From Trueperaceae bacterium (GTDB taxonomy: Bacteria; Deinococcota; Deinococci; Deinococcales; Trueperaceae): a DNA stretch of 64,000 nucleotides. The position numbers and the translations under genes are program-made. The notes beneath the pieces were generated by a model. It saw only the letters and a program-made list of their open reading frames with translations, was not told where the DNA came from and ran no database searches. The DNA lies in assembly GCA_965215565.1 (NCBI GenBank), contig CBDCDZ010000004.1, positions 1,312,001 to 1,376,000 on the forward strand, in the 5' to 3' direction. Below are positions 19,451-28,099 of this stretch, one piece after another (position 1 is the first letter of the stretch; each line of letters begins with the position of its first letter).

Positions 19451-20566
19451 CTATAAAGTCTTCTGGTAGATGCGGTAGGTTTTGTAAAGCGCTGCGCCCG
19501 CCGCTGCGATGCCCTTGTTCATCTCCTCGTTGTCCTCTAAAATCCAGGAGCACTCGCCGCGCATATAGCCCTTGGCGCGGCTGCGCCTAATCACCTCGTC
19601 GATGAGCACTAACTCCAACCCCTTGCGCCGGTGCTCCGGCACGACGCCGAGAATCGGCAGGCGCGCCTGCGTGAGGATGCGCTTGCGGCGCAAGTAGTGG
19701 ATGAACCCGAAGGGCAAGAGCCGCCCGTTCATCTTCTTAAAAACTTGGTTGAGGTCGGGCAAGACGAGCGCCAAGCCCGCCATTTCGCCGTTCATCTCTA
19801 AAAAAATCACCACGTCGGGGTCTACGATGAGCTTGAGTTCCGCCGCGAGATGGTCAAATTCGGCGTCGGTGTACTTGACGAAGCCCCAGTTGTTCTCCCA
19901 AACCTCATTGTAAAAGTGCTTGACGACGCCCAGTTCGGAGTCGAAGTTGCCCTTGATGTCGGGCGTACGAATAGTGGGCGCGTAGCGCTTCTTGACTCGC
20001 TCGGCGAGGCGGTGAAGCCTGGTGTAGTCGCTCGTTTCGTGGTCAAAAAACCAGGCGTAGAGGTCTTTGGCTTTAGCGTAGCCTGCCCCTTCGACGTAGC
20101 GCGGGTACTCCGGCGGGTTGCTCGGCATCATCACGTAGGGGTCGGTGTCGAAAGCGTCGATCTGAAAGCCCGCGCCGTCGTTCATCGAAGGGTTCGCGGG
20201 ACCGCGCAAGGTGTCCCTGCCGAGTTTTTTCGCCCACGTCTCCGCGTGGTCCAAGAGGTCCTTGGCCACCCCTTCGTCCGCCGCCTCGAGAAAGCCAAAA
20301 AACGCTAGGTTGTCTCCGTGCGTTCGGTTGTGCAGTTCATCGTCGATCGCCGCGATGCGCCCGACAACCTTACCGCCGCGCTCCGCCAAGAAGAGGTCCA
20401 TGCGGGCGTGTTCGTAAAAAGGATTTTTCTTAGGGTTAAAACGTTCCCACTCGCCCATGCGGAGCGGCGGAACCCAGTACGGATCGTCCTTATATTTTTG
20501 ATACGGATAGTCGATGAAGCGTCGCAGCTCGCGCCTCGAGCCGACGGGCGTGATAACGGAGGTCAT
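19451..20566 (-). CDS. GNAT-like N-acyltransferase of the bacterial ceramide synthase (bCerS)/YghO family
   Basis: YKDDPYWVPPL, NPFYEHA, VGRIAA, FGFLE, LRGP, MMPSNPPEY, WENNWGF, LPDLN, SWILEDN, KTYRIY. Confidence 0.75.
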   Translation of the reverse strand: MTSVITPVGSRRELRRFIDYPYQKYKDDPYWVPPLRMGEWERFNPKKNPFYEHARMDLFLAERGGKVVGRIAAIDDELHNRTHGDNLAFFGFLEAADEGVAKDLLDHAETWAKKLGRDTLRGPANPSMNDGAGFQIDAFDTDPYVMMPSNPPEYPRYVEGAGYAKAKDLYAWFFDHETSDYTRLHRLAERVKKRYAPTIRTPDIKGNFDSELGVVKHFYNEVWENNWGFVKYTDAEFDHLAAELKLIVDPDVVIFLEMNGEMAGLALVLPDLNQVFKKMNGRLLPFGFIHYLRRKRILTQARLPILGVVPEHRRKGLELVLIDEVIRRSRAKGYMRGECSWILEDNEEMNKGIAAAGAALYKTYRIYQKTL

Positions 20567-20632
20567 ATGGACGCAAGCATACCGCATGGGGTTGGGGGTG
20601 TCGCGCGCCGCTCGAGCACGGGACATGAGCGC

Positions 20633-20663
20633 AAAAAAAGGGATGAGGTCAGAGCCTCATCCC
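20633..20663 (-). terminator. Intrinsic terminator after spt
   Basis: Minus strand reads GGGATGAGG-ctctga-CCTCATCCC-TTTTTTT. Confidence 0.85.
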
Positions 20664-20744
20664 GCACGCTTACACTGTCTTTTCTGAGCCACAAGGCTCG
20701 AGTCGCCCCAATCAGCAGCGTTCTACTGCCAATTTCAACGAAAC

Positions 20745-22082
20745 TCAGACAATAACGCCCAAACGCCTACCGACGTCCGAGAACGCCTCTAACAACCTGT
20801 CGAGTTGCTCGTCGGTGTGGTTCGCGTTGACGCTGGTGCGAATGATGCTCTGCCCAGCAGGAACGCCGGGCGGGAGCGCGGGCGTCGTGTAGACGCCCTC
20901 TTCCCACAACCCTTTCCAGAACATCATCGTCAGGTCGTCCTCACCGATGAGCACGGGCACGATGGGCGTTTCTGAGCCCATTGTGTCGAAGCCGAGCGTG
21001 TCCATGCCGCGCTTTAAGCGCGCCACGTTGCGCCAGAGCTTAGCGCGGTGCTGCGGCTCGTCACGCATGATGTGGAGCGCTTGCAGCGCCGCCGCCATCT
21101 GCATCGCGGGCAGCGCCGCCGTGAAGATAAAGGGGCGCGCCTTGTGCTTGACCCAGTTGACCACCTCGCGGGGTCCCGCCATGAAGCCACCCACCGAGGC
21201 GAACGACTTGGAGAACGTACCGATGACGAGGTCAACCTCGTCCTCTAAGCCGAAGTGCTCCGCTGTGCCGCGTCCGTTCGCGCCCAGCACACCCGTCGCG
21301 TGAGCGTCGTCCACGACGATGCGCGCGCCGTAGCGCTTTGCCAGCTTGACCAGCCCCGGCAAGTTGGCGATGTGACCGCTCATCGAGAAGACTCCGTCGG
21401 TGACGATCATGCGTCCACCCGGTTTGTCGGCGTCTTTTTGCAGGAGCCGCTCTAAGTCCTCTAGGCTGTTGTGCTCGTACTTGCGGAGCGTGCCGAACGA
21501 GAGCCGCGCGCCGTCATACAAACAGGCGTGGTTCTCGCGGTCGAAGTAGAGGATGTCCTGGCGTCCGGTCACCGCGCTCAGCACTGCGAGCGAGCCCAGG
21601 TAGCCCGCGCTGAAGGTAAGCGCTGAGCCCGCGCCGAAGAAGTCCGCGAGCTGACGCTCCAACTCCTCGTGGAGCGTCAGGGTACCGGTGAGAAAGCGCG
21701 AGCCTGTACAGCTCGTGCCGAAGTCGCCGAGCGCCTCTTTCGCCGCCTCTTTGAGCCGCGCGTCCTGGGTGAGCCCTAAGTAGTCGTTCGAGCCCGTGAT
21801 GACCATCTCGCGCCCGTCCACGATAACGGTGCCACCCTGCTGCGACGCGATCGCTTTGAAGTAGGGGTGCATCCCCGCCTCCGCCGCTTCGTCCGCACGG
21901 GTAAAGTTATACGCCTTGCTGAAAATGTCGGCGGCGCGCTCGGCGGGCCTATCCAAAACGCTGCTGCGCGCCGTACTCCCTTGTACGTTCGCCCTTGCAG
22001 GTTTTTTTACGGTCGATTTTACAGATGGCTTCACGCTCGTTTTCGCATCTGTATTCAGTATGTTATCCACAGCGTCTGACAA
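20745..22082 (-). CDS. spt: Alpha-oxoamine synthase, serine palmitoyltransferase-like
   Basis: HPYFK, GSNDYLGLT, GSRFLTGT, HACLYDG, DDAH, GTFSKS, RPFIFTAALP; TTG start with GGAGG RBS (GTG at 22070 is an alternative). Confidence 0.75.
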   Translation of the reverse strand: MSDAVDNILNTDAKTSVKPSVKSTVKKPARANVQGSTARSSVLDRPAERAADIFSKAYNFTRADEAAEAGMHPYFKAIASQQGGTVIVDGREMVITGSNDYLGLTQDARLKEAAKEALGDFGTSCTGSRFLTGTLTLHEELERQLADFFGAGSALTFSAGYLGSLAVLSAVTGRQDILYFDRENHACLYDGARLSFGTLRKYEHNSLEDLERLLQKDADKPGGRMIVTDGVFSMSGHIANLPGLVKLAKRYGARIVVDDAHATGVLGANGRGTAEHFGLEDEVDLVIGTFSKSFASVGGFMAGPREVVNWVKHKARPFIFTAALPAMQMAAALQALHIMRDEPQHRAKLWRNVARLKRGMDTLGFDTMGSETPIVPVLIGEDDLTMMFWKGLWEEGVYTTPALPPGVPAGQSIIRTSVNANHTDEQLDRLLEAFSDVGRRLGVIV

Positions 22083-22367
22083 AAGACCCTCCAACTCACG
22101 TCCTAAGCAACGATGCGCCACTCTAACATGGGTTTGCCCGGCGCGCTCTACTTCGGTGAATCTGAGCGCGTAGGCGTGTGCATAATGAGTCGCGAATGAG
22201 TGTATAAAGATAAATCGGAACCTGAGTCTGTGCGCCAACCGCAGTTTGAGCCGTCGCTCAAGTTCCGCACCATAGTTGCCCATCCTACCTCGTATCACTC
22301 TGGCGTAAAGGGCTTGGGCAACATGAGGTTGCACGAAAAGTCGGTTGAGTAGAAGAGAGGGGTAAGA

Positions 22368-23466
22368 ATGGTTTACGACGAACAACCCTTACCCCAAAGC
22401 GAGTTTACTGGATAGACGTTGCCCTAAGTGCGAGATAAGGAAGCCTGAGAGTGGCAACGGCAGGGCGGCCTGCCCGTAACGCGGCTACCGCATCAGGAAA
22501 CACCGAGATGTAAACGGTATACGTGAAGAGAAAGTGTTGCGTGTGCGCTGTCAGCGGTGCAAAGGCAGCTTGGGGTGTGTTTACCCAGAGGGTGTCATGC
22601 GCTATAAGTGGTACAGCCGAAAGGTGGAGGGTATCTTTGCCATCTTAGATGTGCATCAGGTTGATGAAAGCTGCGCTGCTGAGGTAGCCGAGCACTTAGG
22701 TTATCCAATTCAGAGCGAAACTCGCGCCTCATGGCAAGGGACACGCGCTCTAAGAGCCGAGCGGCTAGAAGAGAAACAGGCAAAGCCCACTAAGCTCAAA
22801 GCCGCGAGCATAGACGAATTCAAACTAGGCGAGTGGTGGATGTACACGCTTACTGATGTTAAATCTCAAGCCGTTATGGACTACCGCCTATGCGAGAACC
22901 GTGATGAAGAGGTGGTTCGTGAGCTTATCGCTGCACACAACCCTAAGCTGATCATCAGTGATGGGTGTAAGAGCATCCAAGCGGCGTGTGAATACTTCGC
23001 TGACAAGCCGCATGGACGCTGTTGGTTTCACATCATCGAAGAGGTCTTGAAGCAGTTCCCCAAGAGAGAGCGTGAACTCGTGGCGCTTGATCTGCGTTTC
23101 TTGTATACCTGCACGAACCTCAAAGATGCAAGGTGGTTTCTAGGCGTCCTCACCGCTCGCTACGGCGCAACCCAGCTCGAGCCGCTACTGAATGCCTGGA
23201 CGCAGCTTGAATTCTACTGGCAGTACAAGGCGATGCCCTTGACCAACAACGCTTCGGAAACCCTTTATAGCGCTCTATGGTCAAGAAACAAAAAGCGCGT
23301 TGTCAAAGCCTTCCACCGCGCTTTGGACTGGTTCAAAGAAGCCCGCTATAGATGGCATCATCACCTCATTCGCAACAAGTCTCCCTGGCAACGCTTCACC
23401 GGACAACCCAGCAAGCCCTGGCTCAAAGCGCTCCTCACTCCTCTGAACTACTCAACCGACTTTTAG
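22368..23466 (+). pseudogene. DDE transposase with interrupted N-terminal zinc ribbon
   Basis: CPKC...CQRC, SIDEF, IISDG, CWFH, TNNASE; in-frame TAA at 22477 lies inside a 27-nt insertion; ATG 22368 is out of frame. Confidence 0.75.
22454..22480. repeat. 27-nt mobile hairpin cassette inserted in the transposase
   Basis: 22454-22482 is the exact reverse complement of 48470-48498. Confidence 0.9.
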
Positions 23467-23651
23467 GGGTGTCTCGAATCTCCGGCGTTTTATGGGGCGG
23501 TTCTGACAACACATTTGTATTCAGCCCTATGTCTGGTATTGAGAGAGATTTTGGTAAACCTTTCACGGTAAAATAGTACGGAGTTGTTGAACAGCTCCCT
23601 TCGGTCCGATGGTCAATTTATTGGGTCTTCGTAAACAAGTAAGGAGTCACC

Positions 23652-24083
23652 ATGCTAAAGTTTCTCTTACCACTTATTCTTCTGCTCGCACTTAGTGCTT
23701 GCGATGGCGGCCGTACAGTACGTGAAGTAGGCCTCATTAGCTCTTATGGAGCTACAGAAGAGGTCATCCTCGCGCCTGATACAGTTCAGGCAGGTGAAAC
23801 GTTTACAGTCACCGTTCAAACCTACGGGAATGGTTGCGTAGAAGCCGACGATGTGGAAGTTGCGATTACAGACAACTTAGCCATACTTACGCCCTATGGC
23901 CTTATTTCAATTCCTGGCAGAAATGAGGCCTGCCCAGAAGTTGAAAGACGACCCGAACACACTTCTCAAATCGTCTTCGAAGAGCCGGGTTCGGCAACGT
24001 TGAGGGTAAGGGGGATGCTAAAAGACAACGCTAACCCCGAGGGCGTGATGACGACTATCGAAAGGACTATTCAAGTGCAGTAA
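23652..24083 (+). CDS. Hypothetical lipoprotein (paralog 1)
   Basis: AAGGAG RBS and LSAC lipobox; similar to the next gene. Confidence 0.8.
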   Translation: MLKFLLPLILLLALSACDGGRTVREVGLISSYGATEEVILAPDTVQAGETFTVTVQTYGNGCVEADDVEVAITDNLAILTPYGLISIPGRNEACPEVERRPEHTSQIVFEEPGSATLRVRGMLKDNANPEGVMTTIERTIQVQ

Positions 24084-24131
24084 GCTGAGTAGTTTTGCGC
24101 AGCGCTAAGCTTTCGAAAGGGTGTGAAATCC

Positions 24132-24575
24132 ATGAAACGCTGGCTCCTTCTTTTCTTAATCCTGTTGCTCGCCGCTTGCGACGGCAGCCGCGTGGAACGC
24201 GAAATAGGTATTATCGAATCTGACACCTCTTTAGGAGAGGAAGTCATCTCGGCTCCTATGACGGTTCAAGCTAGCGTACCTTTCGAAGTTATAGTGCGAA
24301 CCTATGGTGGTGGTTGCATAGAACCTGACGGGTTAGAAGTCGAGATAGAGGGAAATGTAGCCGTTCTTGTTCCCTATGACCTCTACATCACACCCGGCAG
24401 GAACGAAGCTTGCCCCCTCATTTTTGAAGCCGAGCCCCACGCTGCACAGTTGACATTCAATGAGTCAGGCTCAGCAACGATCAGAGTCAGTGGGCGCAGT
24501 GAGAGCAACACAGATGTGACAGGAGGCGCGACGTATGGTCAAGCGGTTTTCGAGAAAACAATTACCGTAAAGTAA
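24132..24575 (+). CDS. Hypothetical lipoprotein (paralog 2)
   Basis: LAAC lipobox; shares TYGxGCxExD and PGRNEACP with paralog 1. Confidence 0.8.
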   Translation: MKRWLLLFLILLLAACDGSRVEREIGIIESDTSLGEEVISAPMTVQASVPFEVIVRTYGGGCIEPDGLEVEIEGNVAVLVPYDLYITPGRNEACPLIFEAEPHAAQLTFNESGSATIRVSGRSESNTDVTGGATYGQAVFEKTITVK

Positions 24576-24655
24576 AACAGACTAAGCACGAGGAAGAGGT
24601 AGTGGACACGGCCCCCCTACCTCTTCCCCTTTTCACGGGCTGTTACAATACCCCC

Positions 24656-25729
24656 ATGAGCGTCCGCCCCGAAGTCCTAGCCGCCCCTGCGTATCACTTT
24701 TCCGCCAAACCCTACACGGTCAAGCTCGATCAAAACGAGTCGCCTTACGACTTGCCCAGTGAGCTTAAACGAGAGGTGTTGACGCGGTTAGAGCGCGTGC
24801 CCGCCAACCGCTACCCCGAACTCGCGGGCGAGTCGCTCCGCGCCGCCTTAGCGCAGCGGCACGGCTGGGATGAAGCGGGCGTCGTCGTGGGGGGCGGCTC
24901 GAACACGCTGGTTCAGGCGTTCGTCATCGCGTGCGGGCTAGGGCGGCGCGTCTTGAGCGTCACGCCGACCTTTTCTGTCTACAGCTTGTGCGCGAACCTC
25001 TTGAACGCCGAGCTTACTGAGGTGCCTTTAGGGGAGGATTTTGCGCTGCCCACCGAGGCACTTAAAGCGGAACTGCAAAGAGGTCAGGGCGTCCTCTTTC
25101 TCGCGGTCCCCGCCGCGCCGACAGGCAACGTGTTCGTTAGAGCGGACCTCGAAGACCTCATCCGGGCGGCTGCGCCGAACTGGACGGTGGTTTTGGACGA
25201 GGCGTACTGTCAGTTCTCTCAAACGGACCTCTCTCACTTCGTGCGCACCTATCCGCACGTCGCCTGTTTGCGCACCTTGAGTAAAGCGTTTGGGATGGGC
25301 GGCGTACGCTTAGGCTTCGCGCTCGCGCAGCCCGCGTTGGCGGAGCAACTGCAGAAGGTGATCATGCCCTTTTCCGTTTCGTCACTGCAACTGGCAGTGG
25401 GTCTCACCGCGCTGGCGCACCCTGACTTCGTGGCGGCTCGAGTGACGGAAACACTGCGGGAGCGGGAGAAACTCGCTTCAGGTTTACGAGCACTCAACCT
25501 CCAAGTCTTCCCTTCCGAGGCGAATTTCCTGCTCTTCCGCGTGACGGACGCGCCCTCCTTTTACGAGGCGCTTTTAGCGCGGGGCGTGCTGATTCGGCGG
25601 CAGGACCACCTGCGTGGTCTCCACGGCTGTCTACGCGTGTCGGTAGGGACTCCGCAGGAGAACGCGGTGTTTTTAGAGGCGGCGAGGGATGTTCTTTCGA
25701 AACAGGTGCAAGAGGTTTCAGGTGGCTAG
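24656..25729 (+). CDS. hisC: Histidinol-phosphate aminotransferase
   Basis: KLDQNESP, NRYP, LDEAY, RTLSKAFG; leaderless TGnTACAAT promoter. Confidence 0.92.
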   Translation: MSVRPEVLAAPAYHFSAKPYTVKLDQNESPYDLPSELKREVLTRLERVPANRYPELAGESLRAALAQRHGWDEAGVVVGGGSNTLVQAFVIACGLGRRVLSVTPTFSVYSLCANLLNAELTEVPLGEDFALPTEALKAELQRGQGVLFLAVPAAPTGNVFVRADLEDLIRAAAPNWTVVLDEAYCQFSQTDLSHFVRTYPHVACLRTLSKAFGMGGVRLGFALAQPALAEQLQKVIMPFSVSSLQLAVGLTALAHPDFVAARVTETLREREKLASGLRALNLQVFPSEANFLLFRVTDAPSFYEALLARGVLIRRQDHLRGLHGCLRVSVGTPQENAVFLEAARDVLSKQVQEVSGG

Positions 25730-26306
25730 AGAAGCGAGCATTAGAAGGGAAACGAAGGAAACGCGGCTCGAGGTCTCCCTCAACCTAGATGAGGGGGCGA
25801 GCGGGGGCGCGAACACGGGTCACGGCTTTTTGAACCACATGTTAGACCAACTCATCCGCCACGGCGACTTCGCACTTACGGTGCGTGGAGAGGGCGATTT
25901 GGAGGTGGACGTGCACCACTTGGCGGAGGACACGGGCATCACTTTGGGGCAGGCTTTTCGCGCTGCACTCGGCGAGCGGCGCGGCATCGAGCGTTACGCG
26001 GACGCCTTTGTGCCGATGGATGAGACGTTGGCGCACGTCGTCTTGGACTTTTCGGGGCGTCCCTACCTCGACTTCGAGCCCGCGGGCTTCGAGGGCGACG
26101 CGAACGGCTTCAACGTTCACCACCTACGCGAGCTGCTGCGCGGCTTCTGCGCCCACGCGGGCGTGACGATGCACGTGCGGGTACTCTCGGGTGTAGAGGT
26201 GCACCACGTGAGTGAGGCAATTTTCAAGGCGTTTGCCAGGGCGCTCCGCGAGGCGGTGCGCGTGACCTCGGAGACACTGCCCTCGACGAAAGGGGTACTC
26301 GAGTGA
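25722..26306 (+). CDS. hisB: Imidazoleglycerol-phosphate dehydratase
   Basis: RETKET, HMLDQ, DVHHLAED, PMDE, HHVSEAIFK. Confidence 0.95.
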   Translation: MAREASIRRETKETRLEVSLNLDEGASGGANTGHGFLNHMLDQLIRHGDFALTVRGEGDLEVDVHHLAEDTGITLGQAFRAALGERRGIERYADAFVPMDETLAHVVLDFSGRPYLDFEPAGFEGDANGFNVHHLRELLRGFCAHAGVTMHVRVLSGVEVHHVSEAIFKAFARALREAVRVTSETLPSTKGVLE

Positions 26307-26995
26307 CCTCTGCGTCCACACCCGAGACCGCCCTTCCGAAAACCGTCCTCATCGACTACGGCGCGGGCAACCTCCACAGCGTCCACAAGGCGCTCCTGCG
26401 TGCGGGGCTGAGCGTCACGCTCACCGGTGATCCTGACGAGGCGGCGAACGCGGACGCGCTCGTGCTGCCCGGTCAAGGGCACTTTCGTCAGGTGATGGAG
26501 GCGTTCTTGGCGTCCGGCTTCGAGCCTGTTGTGCGGCGTCACCTCGCCCAAGAAAAGCCCTTTCTAGGCATCTGCGTCGGCTTGCAGCTCCTGATGGAGC
26601 GCTCCGAAGAAGCGCCGGGCGTGGCAGGGCTGGGCGCGCTGAAAGGTGAGGTCAAGCGTTTTGACGACTCGAGCGTCAGCGTGCCCCAGATGGGCTGGAA
26701 CCAAATCTACCCGTACGGCGCTCCGCCCCTCTTAGAAGGCGTCCCTGCGGGCGCGTTCGTGTACTTCGCGAACTCGTACTACGTAGAATTTTCTGGGGAG
26801 ATAGACGCCATACCCGGCGCGACGACGCAGCACGGCGCGGTGACGTTTAAGAGCGCCGTGTCGCGGGGGCACGTGCACGCCGCACAGTTTCACCCCGAGA
26901 AGAGCCAGCACGTGGGGCTGCGCGTGCTGGAAAACTTCCGCAGGCTCGTCCACGCACATGTAGGTATGTCAGCAAATAACACCGTTTCCAGTTGA
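26303..26995 (+). CDS. hisH: Imidazole glycerol phosphate synthase glutaminase subunit
   Basis: DYGAGNL, LPGQG, GICVG, QFHPEKS. Confidence 0.95.
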   Translation: MTSASTPETALPKTVLIDYGAGNLHSVHKALLRAGLSVTLTGDPDEAANADALVLPGQGHFRQVMEAFLASGFEPVVRRHLAQEKPFLGICVGLQLLMERSEEAPGVAGLGALKGEVKRFDDSSVSVPQMGWNQIYPYGAPPLLEGVPAGAFVYFANSYYVEFSGEIDAIPGATTQHGAVTFKSAVSRGHVHAAQFHPEKSQHVGLRVLENFRRLVHAHVGMSANNTVSS

Positions 26996-27070
26996 TTCCC
27001 GTAGAAATTAACCCGAGCGTAACGAGTAAAAAGAGCTACGGATTCCGGTGAGCTTCACGGCGCACTTCCG

Positions 27071-27107
27071 CCTTTCGCATTTGCGAAAACGTTGTAACCG
27101 CAGAAGC
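27071..27107 (-). repeat. TTAC-hairpin cassette
   Basis: Reverse complement gcttctgcggttacaacgttttcgcaaatgcgaaagg resembles 11011-11045. Confidence 0.7.
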
Positions 27108-27149
27108 GCGTAGTGTTTGCTGGTTGTGAAGTTTCATAACGCCCCTTAT

Positions 27150-27372
27150 TAGCAGGTATCATCTGGTCAGCTACACTCTCAGCGATGAGAACATCGTTCA
27201 GCACGCAACATACTGAGACGGATGAGCGCTTACGGAAGTTTTGGCAACGCCAAAGGTCTCAGCGAAGCTAGCGGGATTTCATCACCGAATGTGCGTGCTA
27301 GTTAGGCACTTTTCGTAAAGCGAAACGTCGTTTTATCTAGTGGGCGTGTCTCAAACCAGATGATACCTGCTA
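27150..27372. mobile_element. TAGCA...TGCTA MITE-like element with 18-bp perfect TIRs
   Basis: TAGCAGGTATCATCTGGT (27150-27167) and ACCAGATGATACCTGCTA (27355-27372); longer imperfect arms; non-coding. Confidence 0.85.
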
Positions 27373-27445
27373 CCAATAGCGCCAGAAACCTTACACCTGA
27401 GACGCCCGTACACCTTCCCATCCGAGAGCTTGGTATAGTAGCCGC

Positions 27446-28099
27446 GTGCTGCGTTTTCTCTCCCTCGCGCTTCTCGCGCTTCTCGCGCCCGTTCACGCCC
27501 AGAGCGCTCAGCCCTGGACGCTGCAAACGGCTGCGTTCAGCGACGCGGCGCGAGCAGATGTCGCCGTGAGGGGGTTGCGTCAAGCGGGCTTCGACGCCTA
27601 CAGCGAGCGCGCTCAAGAGGTGACGCGCGTGCGCGTAGGCTGCTTTTTAGATAGGGAGAGCGCCGAGGTTGTCGCTGTGCACTTAGCGCGGCGCACCGAG
27701 GGGCGAGCGCAGATTGTGGCGCTCAACCGCGCGGCTGTGAGCGTCGGTCCGACGTTCTGCGTTCGGCGCGAGGCGGGGTTTACGCTGCCTGCGCGCTGGG
27801 GCGTTGCAGAGACGACACCTGACACCATCACCTTTTGGGTCAACGCCGCCGGCCCGCGCGCTCTGCGCTTCGACGGGCGCGCGTGGCGCATCCGCCAGAG
27901 CGCACCCCTACGGGGCGCGTCCGAACGCGCTGAGGTTCAGACTGCGCAAGCCGCGCCGGTCCGCGCAGGCTCGCTGTTCGTCGGCTTCGGGCGCACGCTC
28001 TGGCGCTCGCCCGCGCGGTCCTCGCCGCAGACGTTCGTCGTGCAGGACGCAGAGGCTATTTCCACGCTCACTCTGATTCCTTTTGACGAGGTCGACTAG
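27446..28099 (+). CDS. Secreted SPOR-domain protein
   Basis: Signal peptide; WTLQTAAFSD...LRQAGFDAY...RVRVGCF; leaderless TATAGT. Confidence 0.75.
   Translation: MLRFLSLALLALLAPVHAQSAQPWTLQTAAFSDAARADVAVRGLRQAGFDAYSERAQEVTRVRVGCFLDRESAEVVAVHLARRTEGRAQIVALNRAAVSVGPTFCVRREAGFTLPARWGVAETTPDTITFWVNAAGPRALRFDGRAWRIRQSAPLRGASERAEVQTAQAAPVRAGSLFVGFGRTLWRSPARSSPQTFVVQDAEAISTLTLIPFDEVD

Larger units (their letters stand above)
22325..23475 (+). mobile_element. Insertion sequence, ~1.15 kb, family uncertain
   Basis: Perfect 17-bp inverted repeats AAAAGTCGGTTGAGTAG (22336-22352) and CTACTCAACCGACTTTT (23448-23464); GAG...CTC likely termini; no clear TSD. Confidence 0.85.

Noticed and set aside
20745..22385. 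BioF or Kbl annotation and the 546-aa ORF start
   Set aside because: Motifs and neighbours fit Spt better, and no bio or tdh genes are adjacent. The extra N-terminal ~100 codons run through intergenic DNA into the IS end.
27150..27372. CRISPR array
   Set aside because: The repeats are dispersed and nested, not direct repeats with regular unique spacers; there are no cas genes.
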